Positions 1 through 11,908 of a DNA stretch of 64,000 bases are shown piece by piece. The stretch's first letter is position 1. Each line of letters starts with the position of its first letter. Origin of the DNA: Macrostomum lignano (lineage: Eukaryota). Where the stretch lies: contig NIVC01000359.1 of assembly GCA_002269645.1 (NCBI GenBank), positions 404,356 through 468,355 on the forward strand, written 5' to 3'. A program made the position numbers and the translations under genes. The notes beneath the pieces were generated by a model. The model was given only the letters and a program-made list of their open reading frames with translations, did no database searches and was not told where the DNA came from.

Positions 1-776
1 AATGTACACTCCTACCCCACCAGGACAAACCCCTCAATATTCCAATGTACACTCCTACCCCACCAGGACAAACCCTCACTATTCCAATGTACACTCCTAC
101 CCCACCAGGACAAATCCCTCAATATTCCAATGTACACTCCTACCCCACCAGGACAAACCCCTCAATATTCCAATGTACACTCCTACCCCACCAGGACAAA
201 CCCCTCAATATTCCAATGTACACTCCTACCCCACCAGGACAAACCCCTCAATATTCCAATGTACACTCCTACCCCACCAGGACAAACCCTCAATATTCCA
301 ATCTACACTCCTACCCCACCAGGACAAACCCCTCAATATTCCAATCTACACTCCTACCCCACCAGGACAAATCCCTCAATATTCCAATCTACACTCCTAC
401 CCCACCAGGACAAACCCCTCAATATTCCAATGTACACTCCTACCCCACCAGGACAAACCCTCACTATTCCAATGTACACTCCTACCCCACCAGGACAAAC
501 CCCTCAATATTCCAATGTACACTCCTACCCCACCAGGACAAACCCCTCAATATTCCAATGTACACTCCTACCCCACCAGGACAAACCCCTCAATATTCCA
601 ATGTACACTCCTACCCCACCAGGACAAACCCCTCAATATTCCAATGTACACTCCTACCCCACCAGGACAAACCCCTCAATATTCCAATGTACACTCCTAC
701 CCCACCAGGACAAACCCCTCACTATTCCAATGTACACTCCTACCCCACCAGGACAAACACCTCACTATTCCAATGC
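1..776. repeat. Minisatellite, 43-bp unit (aatgtacactcctaccccaccaggacaaacccctcaatattcc), about 18 copies, runs off the window start
   Basis: Direct periodicity; it explains the three overlapping repetitive ORFs at 2-809. Confidence 0.97.
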
Positions 777-1955
777 ACATTTGAAAGAAACTTATCTAAT
801 GTAGCATAACTTCCATGGTTTGGAAAAAGACATTTGCTTCCTAAAAAATGAAAATATAACCACACACAAAATACCACAATTGATAAAAATTAAATCCCCC
901 CCATCAATTCCATATGGTATGGTTTACTTGATTTTAACTAAATCAAAGGAAACGATAAACAATACAAAAAGACGTCGTACGCTTCTAGCAGCTACACGCT
1001 ACACACACATGTAAGACTCGGAATGCAAGCGCAAACTACTCGAGCTAAGAAGCAAATGATAAAAATAGCTGGCATTAACGGGGTAAAGAAACGTAACAGC
1101 AAACTGCAATCAGCTAGTGGATCAGTTTAGATCGCAAAGCCAGAAACGAATCGAGCTGATTTGGTCACAAAATACAAATATACGAAAAGCCAAAAGATAA
1201 AGCCCGTGTTACGAGTGTATCTGCTCTACCGTATATACATCTCAGGAGATTCTGTAGTTCATTAGCAAATTGATAAATACAACAGAGCTTTTAAAAACTG
1301 ATTAAGATAAAAGTTGCCCAGACTGGCTTCTGCGCTATTAGCCTAGCCTAGATTTGATGCAAGTGACAGCCAATTATTGATTGAACGCAACAACTGTTCT
1401 TCAGAGTTTCAATATACCAATTAACTTCTGGAACGAGATAGAAAAAAATATATTTTGCTTAATTCAGTGCTTAAATTTCAGCTTCATCAGGTTGACAGAA
1501 CAAAAGCAATCGAGAATTTACTGGCGAGCCTACCGTCAGAGGTTGGTTCTGCGCACTCTGTTTATTGCTGCTTGGTGAAATCTGCGTTTAATTTGGTGCG
1601 TATTCGCCAGTAGGCCGACTTCTCAGCCACTTAGGGTTTGGCCATAAACTTAGCAGAAAGCAATTTAGAAGTGCACTTATTCCCGGCACTTTCCCGATGT
1701 CATTATTCCACACTTTTTTATCATGTTTCAATTGGCGGTTTTGAGAGTTAGGTTTGGTTACTCTGCGATGAATGTGTTTGAATCTAAATGTCGGTGTAAT
1801 ATTTGAAGTGTAATAATGATCACAACTTGTTTCAATTGTGTGCAGGTGTAAGTATATGTACAATGATTAATCAATACCCAGCGAAAGCTTTAGACACAGA
1901 ATATACACAGAATGTCAAATCGAGCGATTTTCATGAAGCCGAATTAAAATTGCAG

Positions 1956-2743
1956 GTGCATGTTGGCAGACTGTACCGAACCATCTTGGACGGACGCGGA
2001 GGCGACTTGGATCTCGTCATCGATGATGAGTCGTACTTCCACATGTCCAGCCAAACGATTCCTGGCAACAGCTTCTACTATGCCACTGCGCACGCGGCGA
2101 CGCTCCTGTTGAGAAGCGCGTTTCACCTCAAAAGAAGTTCGGCGACAAGATCCTGGTGTGGCTGGCCATCAGCAGGCATGGGGCTTCGCGAGTGTACATG
2201 TGTCACTCCAAGACGATGAACAAGGAGCTGTACGCAAACGAGTGCATTCGCAAGCGGCTGGTGCCATTTCTCAATGAGCAGCACAGCGATGGCAATTACC
2301 TGTTCTGGCCAGATCTGGCCTCCTGCCATTACGCCAAGGACGTGATCGAGGTGTTCCAGCAGCTGGACATCAACTTTGTCTCGAAGGAGCAGAATCCTCC
2401 CTGCGTGCCTCACCTTCGTCCAATCGAGCACTTTTGGGGCATTTTGAAGCAGCAGGTGTACCATCATAGTTGGCAGGCTCAGACACTTCAGCAGCTGGAG
2501 AACAGAATCAAGAAATGCCTGAGGGAGATGGACTGGTCCGTTGTACATCACATGATGGGACAGGTCAAGTCGCAGATTCGCAGGGCGCGCGCTGATGGCT
2601 TTTAATCGGCTTATTGTTAACTCTATGATGATTCCTGTTTCTTGTTGAATACTTTCCCTGTTAAAAAGTTTGGTTATCCTGTTTATAACGCCACGAAATA
2701 TAAACATTTAGAGACGTCCAGATTTTAAGTGTTCACCCACGTA
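1956..2743 (+). mobile_element. 5'-truncated, frameshifted Tc1/mariner-superfamily transposase remnant, DD37E type
   Basis: DDESYF (D at 2025), WPDLASCH (D at 2312) and LRPIEHFW (E at 2426, 37 residues after the second D). Frame change near 2090 (YYATA to RGDAPVEKRVSPQKKFGDKILVWLAIS); stop at 2605; candidate right end ...gttcacccacgTA at 2743; no HTH domain or left TIR found. Confidence 0.85.
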
Positions 2744-3265
2744 TCAAAGCTTTACAACAAGAGTAGGCTGGTGGGATTTTAATGCTTGTACCGATTTTTT
2801 AAACAAAAATACTCGAATCGGCATTCTGTGTATATTCTGTGGCTTTAGATGCGTTTAAAGATATTTCGGCTAAAATAAAACAGCCAACAGCAAGAAGACA
2901 AGTCATATAGGTTTTTGCAAGGATCTGGGAGGGTTGCCCAGCAACTGAGGATCTGGGAGGCTGGCTCAGGCAACTGATCGTGGATCTGGAAGGCTGACAG
3001 CCAACCGGAAGATTTTACCCGTCGGGAAATAATTGTCCTTTAACTGTGTCAGTTGGCACATGAAAAAGAGATTAATTAATATGCTGATTGTTTCATAAAT
3101 GTGCCAATTGACAGTTGTGGGCACAGTTGGCAGAACTGCAGATTTTGCTAGGACAATTATTTCCCACCGGGAGAGTACAGCACGCAAAGGTTGTCGGACA
3201 ACAGACTGATAGAAATAAGCGTCCTAAGGGCGCAGTTGGCACACTTAAGAACGGGTGACAGGCCT

Positions 3266-3823
3266 CTATGTAGGCTTAGTTTTCTTCACCAGCGTGGAAT
3301 TGCCGTACAGTACGTAGCGGAACATATCGCCAAGAGTGGAATCTACATACTTAATAGTCTCCATATTGTACTGTTTGCCGTGAAATCTGTACCAGAGATG
3401 CATAACGTAGTTCTTCTTACGCCAGTCCCATTTCCGCACGGGGCCATAGATCAAAGGCAGCTCGCCGCCAGTCCAATTGGGTCGGTCCATGCTCTCCTGC
3501 TCGATGTGGCAGTGCTCGGAGTACATGGGGCACAGGGTGTTGGGATAGGTGACGGAGTGGGCAGCCCATATGCCATCGTCGAGAACCTGGTAGGTGACGT
3601 ACCACATGCACATGAAGGTGGAGTTGGCCGCGGCCAGAAAGACGCCGTTGCAGAGTCCGCCGCCCGTCTCCCTGCCGATGGTGAACGGGTAGCGGCGCAG
3701 CGGCTCCAGCGGCTTCAATGTGATCACGTCGATGTCGAAATAGGCGCCGCCAAGTACCAGCACGGCTTCCATGCGGATCACATCGGCCTGGTGCTCCTTC
3801 ACGCGCATCGGCACCGAATAGGA
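3266..3823 (-). CDS. Tandem double-domain GT32-like glycosyltransferase, coding exon 3 (second DXD motif, GGAYFDIDVI, and stop)
   Basis: Acceptor ctccccaaccgcag|TCC in phase 0; SYSVPMRVKEHQADVIRMEA aligns with domain-1 VYNMPINSWRHRSDLIGLEA. Confidence 0.85.
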   Translation of the reverse strand, partial: SYSVPMRVKEHQADVIRMEAVLVLGGAYFDIDVITLKPLEPLRRYPFTIGRETGGGLCNGVFLAAANSTFMCMWYVTYQVLDDGIWAAHSVTYPNTLCPMYSEHCHIEQESMDRPNWTGGELPLIYGPVRKWDWRKKNYVMHLWYRFHGKQYNMETIKYVDSTLGDMFRYVLYGNSTLVKKTKPT

Positions 3824-3867
3824 CTGCGGTTGGGGAGACGCGGGAGCACTCGGTGTTGGGGTGACCT

Positions 3868-4960
3868 GCCATTAGCCCTACTCACTCAATAGCTTGCCCA
3901 TTAGCCCCATTCACTCAATAGCTTGCCCATTAGCCCTACTCACTCAATAGCTTACCCATTAGCCCCATTCACTCAATAGCTTGCCCATTAGCCCTACTCA
4001 CTCAATAGCTTACCCATTAGCCCCATTCACTCAATAGCTTGCCAATTAGCCCCATTCACTCAATAGCTTGCCCATTAGCCCCATTCACTCAATAGCTTGC
4101 CCATTAGCCCCATTCACTCAATAGCTTGCCCATTAGCCCCATTCACTCAATAGCTTGCCCATTAGCCCCATTCACTCAATAGCTTGCCCATTAGCCCCAT
4201 TCACTCAATAGCTTGCCCATTAGCCCCATTCACTCAATAGCTTGCCAATTAGCCCCATTCACTCAATAGCTTGCCCATTAGCCCTACTCACTCAATAGCT
4301 TACCCATTAGCCCCATTTACTCAATAGCTTGCCAATTAGCCCTACCCACTCAATAGCTTACCCATTAGCCCCATTCACTCAATAGCTTGCCCATTAGCCC
4401 TACTCACTCAATAGCTTACCCATTAGCCCCATTCACTCAATAGCTTGCCCATTAGCCCTACTCACTCAATAGCTTGCCCATTAGCCCCATTCACTCAATA
4501 GCTTGCCCATTAGCCCCATTCACTCAATAGCTTGCCCATTAGCCCCATTCACTCAATAGCTTGCCCATTAGCCCCATTCACTCAATAGCTTGCCCATTAG
4601 CCCCATTCACTCAATAGCTTGCCAATTAGCCCCACTCACTCAATAGCTTGCCCATTAGCCCCATTCACTCAATAGCTTGCCCATTAGCCCCATTCACTCA
4701 ATAGCTTGCCAATTAGCCCCACTCACTCAATAGCTTGCCCATTAGCCCCATTCACTCAATAGCTTGCCAATTAGCCCCACTCACTCAATAGCTTGCCCAT
4801 TAGCCCCATTCACTCAATAGCTTGCCAATTAGCCCCACTCACTCAGTTACCCTTTCCATTGGCTCCACTCACTCAATAGCTTGCCAATTAGCCCCACTCA
4901 CTCAGTTACCCTTTTCATTGGCTCCACTCACTCAGTAGCCTTTCCATTAGCCCCACTCCC
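3868..4960. repeat. Intronic minisatellite, 29-bp unit (ccattcactcaatagcttgcccattagcc), degenerate toward 4960
   Basis: Direct periodicity inside glycosyltransferase intron 2. Confidence 0.96.
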
Positions 4961-5055
4961 TAGCTTCCCTAAATCAACTCCATCCACTCAGCAGCTTTCC
5001 GTATTAGTGGAATCAGTGAATTTAGGTACGAGTATTCAGCAAATTATATCAATAC

Positions 5056-5585
5056 CTTTGTGGGCACGGGCCGATTAATCATGATAACGTTGCTCTCCCA
5101 GATGCCAGAGTCGGTGAGATTCTTCTTAAACGCTTCCCAATGCTCGCCATAAGGCTGCTTAGCGTACCAGATAACAGTAAATTTGGGCCGCATCACCCAG
5201 ACTCCGCTGAGCATACAGACTAGATGATGAAATTGCAGTTGAGGATTCACAAACGGCAGTACATAGTGAGCAACATTGGGCACAAGATACGGAGCGGTAG
5301 GCTTAGTCATAGCCTGCACTTCGGCAACAGTGTACTGCTTGCCGCTAGGAGAGTGCAGGCGCCATCCGCTCGTGTCAACAATTGGCAGTTTGTGCACCAT
5401 CAGCTCGTTGATTCGAGACGCGTATTTGCCGGAGAATGGACGCACTGAGCTCTTCAGCTTGTCGAATTGGCTAATAATGTAGCTCTTATTCATGGGGGCG
5501 TACACGTAGTCTCGGCCGGCCACCTGGTCGGCGACCTTCACCGGCGTTGGCTTGACAGCAGCAGACGTGGACGAGACGGCAGTTC
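5056..5585 (-). CDS. Tandem double-domain GT32-like glycosyltransferase, coding exon 2 (linker and start of domain 2, VPNVAHYVLP)
   Basis: Acceptor ctcttcccgacctctggcag|GA in phase 1; donor AAG|gtattg in phase 0; homologous to the first half of exon 1. Confidence 0.82.
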
Positions 5586-5631
5586 CTGCCAGAGGTCGGG
5601 AAGAGATGAGGGTGATGGTACAGGGTAGCGG

Positions 5632-6440
5632 GGAATCAAATCTTAGCGAGTCAAATCTCACTGAGAGGGAGTTGAATTTTCACTGAGAAGGAGTCAAATC
5701 TCACTGAGAGGGATTTAAATCTTTACTGAGAGGAAATCAAATCTCATTGGGAGGGAGTCAAATCTCACTGAAAGTGAGTCAAATCTCACTGAAAGTGAGT
5801 CAAATCTCACTGAGAGGAAATCAAATCTCATTGGGAGGGAGTCAAATCTCACTGAGAGGGAGTCAAATCTCACTGAGAGGGAGTTGAATTTTCACTGAGA
5901 AGGAGTCAAATCTCACTGAGAGGGATTTAAATCTTTACTGAGAGGAAATCAAATCTCATTGGGAGGGAGTCAAATCTCACTGAAAGTGAGTCAAATCTCA
6001 CTGAGAGGAAATCAAATCTCATTGGGAGGGAGTCAAATCTCACTGAGAGGGATTTAAATCTTTACTGAGAGGAAATCAAATCTCATTGGGAGGGAGTCAA
6101 ATCTCACTGAAAGTGAGTCAAATCTCACTGAGAGGAAATCAAATCTCATTGGGAGGGAGTCAAATCTCACTGAGAGGGAGTCAAATCTCACTGAGAGGGA
6201 TTTAAATCTTTACTGAGAGGGACTCATATCTCACTGAGAGGGATTTAAATCTTTACTGAGAGGGAGTCAAATCTCACTGAGAGGGAGTCAAATCTCACTG
6301 AGAGGGAGTCAAATCTCACTGAGAGGGAGTCAAATCTCACTGAGAGGGAGTCAAATCTCACTGAGAGGAAATCAAATCTCATTGGGAGGGAGTCAAATCT
6401 CACTGAGAGGGAGTCAAATCTCACTGAGAGGAAATCAAAG
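5632..6440. repeat. Intronic minisatellite, 21-bp unit (tcaaatctcactgagagggag), with higher-order repetition of variants
   Basis: Direct periodicity inside glycosyltransferase intron 1; the unit holds a TCTCA-C-TGAGA palindrome. Confidence 0.95.
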
Positions 6441-6503
6441 CTCACGAATAGGTAATGAAATCTCACAGAAGTGAATCAATTAGAAGGAATAAAATCCACT
6501 CAC

Positions 6504-7695
6504 GCGCAGCAGCAATGGGCTGTATGCTAGAATTGCCAAACAGTATATGCCTAGCGATTTGGCCAAAAGCAGAGTTCAACTGTTTAACCGAATTGAAATC
6601 AACTGTCAAAGTCGCGCCCGGAGATTGCAGCTCCCGCTGCCTGCGCCACAGGTTAATAAGCCAGTTATCTCGCCAGTTCCAAGCGGGCGGAGAGCCCGGC
6701 GGCCCGTAGATCAGCCGCAAGCCGGCCGCCTGCCAGCCGGGCTTGTGCATGCCGCCAATCTCAATTTTGGCCAAGTGCGGGAAAGCCGATTGCAATGCGA
6801 ACGGCAGCAGAGTGGAATGCTGATCAGGCAGAGAATCGTCAAGCAGCTGGTAGCACAGGTGCCAGGCTAGCAGGAATCGAGAGTTTCGCTTAGCCAAGTA
6901 AGCGGAGCTGCCAATGCCGCGGTCGTGCTGCAGGCCCAGCACGGTCTCGGCTGAACGAAGCGCCTGGCTAGCCGGCCGCATGGGCAGCACGTCAGTGTCC
7001 AGCCTGAGGCCGCCGAACAGTAGCACAGCCTCCAGGCCGATCAGATCCGATCGATGACGCCAAGAGTTGATTGGCATATTGTACACAGATGCTGGAGGCT
7101 GGCGACGAGCCAGTACAACTGTGCGCTCCCAGACCGGCTCGGTGACATTGGCAATGAGATGAGACCAGTAGCCGCCACTCACAGGCTGCTGATGCCATAG
7201 AAACACGCGCACCGGCTTAGCCAGGTGAAATGCGGCCAATAAGCTGAGCAGCTCGTGAAATTGCAGCTCAGCCCGACGGAATGGCAGCACATAGTGGATA
7301 ATGTTGGGGGCCAGGCCCGGCTCCGTAGCGTTGGCTATGCTAGTCCGCAGCTGCTCATAGTACAACTGATGGCCTCCGGGTGTCTGCAGTTCGAGTTGAC
7401 TCAACGTGAGCACGGGCTCCTTGGCGGTGAACAGCTGATGGGCTAGGCGAGTATTAGCTCCGGCAAACTGTACAGCCACAGATCGAATAGTTTCCCAATT
7501 AGTCAGCGTGAAATTTCGCGCCTCGGACAGTTCAGACGGGCTAGTCCGGCCACCGTAATCGTACTCGTACGAGTAGGACAGATTCAAGAATTTGCCAATG
7601 TTGCCGCTCCGGCTGGCGTATGCGAGCACCAGAGCGATGGTGACCAAGCATAGGATTGCCACTGCCCGGCGATAGAGCAGAGCTCGCTGCGTCAT
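6504..7695 (-). CDS. Tandem double-domain GT32-like glycosyltransferase, coding exon 1 (signal anchor and domain 1, GGLRLDTDVL)
   Basis: ATG at 7695; hydrophobic AVAILCLVTIALVLAY; APNIIHYVLP motif; DTD motif; phase-1 donor GCG C|gtgagt at 6503; 50-nt 5'UTR intron at 7756-7707. Confidence 0.88.
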
Positions 7696-8300
7696 TGGCC
7701 CCCAGGCTGCGGATGGTCAAGTGCGCGGGCTAATTTGAATGGTTATTAATACTCACCTCTTAGAAGACACTAAACTGGCTCTCTTGAGTAAGAGTCGTGT
7801 GAAACAAGAGCAGAAAGATGAAGTCGTGAATGATAAAATTCCGGATTTTGTACAGCCTGCAAGAGAGTCAACAGACCTCCTACCCTCCCTACCTACCTAC
7901 CCAATGGCAGTCTCTACCAAGGAGGCCCATTGTCTGGGCTAACACCGACCCTCAAACTATTGGCGCGTGCACACCCATACACGCACAGCATAGCTACTTG
8001 AGAACCCAACCCTATTGGCTGTCGAGCTTGGCCCTAATTGAAGCTAGCTAAGCATAAAGTACAGCAGCGCGCAGCAATTCTGCCCCTCTTCCCGTTGTGA
8101 CTATCATCACCAAAAAGGTAATGGAATTGAATTCTAGCAGCTAGCTTTGACTGAGCCACTTACCAGACGGGAAAATTCCTATTCAAACACATTAGTATTT
8201 GCTTTAATGACGAGGTGCTGGGAGGTTTATTACTAATAATCAAAAGTACTTTTAAAATTGTTACTTAGAAACTGCCTCAGTTTAATCACTTCAGTAGCTA

Positions 8301-8840
8301 ATCAGGAACCATTCTAAGAGGGAATCAGGGACCATTCTAAGAGGGAATAAGGAATCATTCTAAGAGGGAATCAGGACCATTCTAAAAGGGAATCAGGGAT
8401 CATTCTAAGAGGGAATCAGGGACCATTCTAAGAGGGAATCAGGGATCATTCTAAGAGGGAATCAGGACCATTCTAAGAGGGAATCAGGGACCATTCTAAG
8501 AGGGAATCAGGGACCATTCTAAGAGGGAATCAGGGATCATTCTAAGAGGGAATCAGGGATCATTCTAAGAGGGAATCAGGGACCATTCTAAGAGGGAATC
8601 AGGGACCATTCTAAGAGGGAATCAGGGACCATTCTAAGAGAGAATCAGGAACCATTCTAAGAGGGAATCAGGGACCATTCTAAGAGAGAATCAGGAACCA
8701 TTCCGAGGGAATCAGGGACCATTCTAAGAGGGAATCAGCATCAGGGACCATTCTAAGAGGGAATCAGTATCAGGGACCATTCTAAGAGGGAATTAATGAC
8801 TGCTCTAAGAGAGCCGCCGGGAACATTCTAAGAAGAATCA
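8301..8840. repeat. Minisatellite, 23-bp unit (atcagggaccattctaagaggga)
   Basis: Direct periodicity. Confidence 0.95.
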
Positions 8841-9599
8841 GTGACTCATTTAGAAGGTAATCAGGGAGTCCAAAAGACCTTTCTAGGAGAGAATTCAGAG
8901 ACAGTTAGTAATGGATTAGGGCAATTTAAACACCACGGTACAAACACTACAACGGCAGAAAATTTCTTAGTTGCTCGGAAGCATAAGTGTAAAACTCTCA
9001 CAGGCAGAGTAGAGGTACAGAAAAATTGCTAAGGTGGAATTTTCTAATCGTCTTAGATAGCAGGAGCAGCAGAAGCAGCAGAAAAATGGGTAAGTTATCC
9101 ACGCAGACCCAATATTTAGTCAGGTTGGAATTTCAGAAACGAGCCAGTCAGTGTTTTGCCCCACCCACAGACCAAGAAATTTAACTATATTTCTTGGTCT
9201 GTGGCCCCACCCCAACACCCTAGCAACAGACCTGGGAAGTCACAGCTGCGAAATATCTGGCAAAAATATCCCCCCCCATCCACTCTTCTTTCCCTCTCCT
9301 CTCTGACGACTCTCCCACACTTGAGAGATCTGATCCCATAGACCCGAAGCCGGCTTGCTTTCTTGATCCAAGCGGTAGGGCTAGTAAGGAAGGACAGTAG
9401 AACAGAGGGGGGGGGGTTCCGGCAATATTCAGGGAATTAATACTTGATCTCCCGTGAACAAAAAAAAACTGGATGAGTCAACTCTAGGAATTCCTCGCTC
9501 TCTTGATAAAAAATGAATTTCTAACTAAGAAGAAATTCCTCACTGACTCAAACGGAAATCCCCACTAACTTGGGTGGGAATTCCCCACTAACGCAAAGG

Positions 9600-10215
9600 G
9601 AATTCCTGACTCACGCTGAAGGGGATTCCTGATTCACGCTGAAGATAATTCCTCACTCGCACTGAAGCGAATTTCTCACTCACGCTGAAGAGAATTCCTG
9701 ACTCACGCTGAAGAGAATTTCTCACATCACGCTGAAGAGAATTCCTGACTCACGCTGAAGAGAATTCCTCACTCACGCTGAAGATAATTCCTCACTCACG
9801 CTGAAGATAATTCCTCACTCACGCTGAAGAGAATTCCTCACTCACGCTGAAGAGAATTCCTGACTCACGCTGAAGAGAATTCCTCACTCACGCTGAAGAG
9901 AATTCCTCACTCACGCTGAAGAGAATTCCTGACTCACGCTAAAGAGAATTCCTCACTCACACTGAAGGGAATTACTAACTCACACTGAAGGGAATTCCTC
10001 ACTCACACTGAAGGGAATTCCTCACTCACACTGAAGGGAATTCCTCACTCACACTGAAGGGAATTCCTCACTCACGCTGAAGGGAATTCCTCACTCACAC
10101 TGAAGGGAATTTCTCACTCACGCTGAAGGGAATTCCTCACTCACGCTGAAGGGAATTTCTCACTCACGCTGAAGGGAATTCCTCACTCACGCTGAAGGGA
10201 ATTCCTCACTGACAC
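9600..10215. repeat. Minisatellite, 23-bp unit (ctcacgctgaagagaattcctca / ...agggaattcctca)
   Basis: Direct periodicity; degenerate precursors from about 9480. Confidence 0.95.
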
Positions 10216-10633
10216 TAACGCTGAAAAGAATTCCAACTCTCAATTCATTTGCCAAATAAGGAAATTTTATCCTTAGCTACAAAAATAATAAAGAAAAAAG
10301 AAAATAAATGCGGACTAAACATAACAAGAATACCTTGCAGTGGAGAAATGCAAACGCGTGTATATATTTAATAACAAAGCGAATAATTGAACTTATTGAC
10401 ACGCTCGGCAAAGTAAGCAGATGCTAAAAGGAAAAGATTTATTGTAAAGCTGATAAATAGCGGAAGCTAAGCTTGACTGGTTTAACAAGCTGTTGATATT
10501 AACTCCGTCTGCTTTCGATACTGACAAGATTCAGGTGCAATAAAAAGCAAAAAAGAACAACAAAGCTCGCATTCAATAAAGATTGCCTTATTTTCATAGG
10601 TAAGTACACAATGGCAGCGATGCAGCAGCTTTT

Positions 10634-11146
10634 TAGGTACAGTAAGGGCCGGTATTAGGTAGAGTAAGGTAATGTTAGGTACAGTAAGGGCCGGTATTAG
10701 GTAGAGTAAGGTAATGTTAGGTCCAGTAAGGGCTGGTATTAGGTAGAGTAAGGTAATGTTAGGTCCAGTAAGGGCCGGTATTAGGTAGAGTAAGGTAATG
10801 TTAGGTCCAGTAAGGGCTGGTATTAGGTAGAGTAAGGTAATGTTAGGTCCAGTAAGGGCCGGTATTAGGTAGAGTAAGGTAATGTTAGGTCCAGTAAGGG
10901 CCGGTATTAGGTAGAGTAAGGTAATGTTAGGTCCAGTAAGGGCCGGTATTAGGTAGAGTAAGGTAATGTTAGGTCCAGTAAGGGCCGGTATTAGGTAGAG
11001 TAAGGTAATGTTAGGTCCAGTAAGGGCTGGTATTAGGTAGAGTAAGGTAATGTTAGGTCCAGTAAGGGCCGGTATTAGGTAGAGTAAGGTAATGTTAGGT
11101 CCAGTAAGGGCCGGTATTAGGTAGGGTAAGGTAATGTTAGGTCCAT
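10634..11146. repeat. Minisatellite, 42-bp unit (gtccagtaagggccggtattaggtagagtaaggtaatgttag), about 12 copies
   Basis: Direct periodicity; source of the spurious ORF 10482-11156. Confidence 0.97.
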
Positions 11147-11908
11147 GAAAGTACAATAAGATACAGCATATACATAATAAGTCAGCTTAAGCTTACCAAT
11201 TTACACAAATAAGGAAGAATATTGATAGGCTTAGTTGCGGGAAGGCTTTTAGATTAGGGACTAATGCATATTTGGAAAAAAAGATTATTTGCAGAGTATG
11301 GAAGGATTGATTAAAAGTAAGTCAGCTGGACAGATATGCATGCAGCTCGTATTAGAAGCTCAAATCTTAGCTCTTTGAAAAGCGAATCAAGAGTCAAGAG
11401 TGCTACAGTACGGATATCGGATTGATTAATAAACACTTCACCAACCCTAAAATAACAAAAACTAAAAAGTCTGTAAATAAATATGCTCATAACTTTATCG
11501 CAAAGAAAATGCTTGTTCATATTGGGTTTAAACATTATAAACGAATCAACGGTAATTAATATGTTGCATAACAACTAATTTGTTTACCTCGGATACCAGA
11601 AAAATGACTAATTATTACAGGCTTGTTTACCCTGGGTACGGACCATTATTACTAATACGAATACGAGAACCAGCTGCGTGACTAGCTGCATAGCAACGGG
11701 CTTGTTTACCTTGGATACGGCCTATTATTACTAATACGAATACGAGAACCAGCTGCGTGACTAGCTGCATAGCAACGGGCTTGTTTACCATGGATACGGG
11801 TTCAATGTACTATTGCGATAACTACTATTGCGATAACTGGCTCAATTATAACAAACGATTGTCCAAAACAAGTCGATGTGTTTAGCTGAGGTAACAAGCA
11901 ATGAGAGA

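Noticed and set aside
2-809. Three overlapping 224-260 aa ORFs
   Set aside because: They are translations of the 43-bp tandem repeat cycling through frames, with no coding signature
3824-3865. Alternative acceptor atggcag|GTC at 3866 for glycosyltransferase exon 3
   Set aside because: In frame, but it adds 14 residues absent from the homologous domain 1 and lacks a pyrimidine tract; minor use cannot be excluded
3191-3892. Plus-strand 233-aa ORF and similar antisense ORFs over GC-rich exons (e.g. 17595-18095, 37721-38113)
   Set aside because: Shadow ORFs of real genes on the opposite strand
6463-6503. C-terminus REWILFLLIDSLL-stop of the 410-aa ORF as the true protein end
   Set aside because: It starts at a consensus GTGAGT donor and is AT-rich intron-like sequence; splicing gives an in-frame continuation
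11630-11800. Direct duplication of about 68 bp downstream of the Tudor stop
   Set aside because: A real but ordinary local duplication with no functional signal
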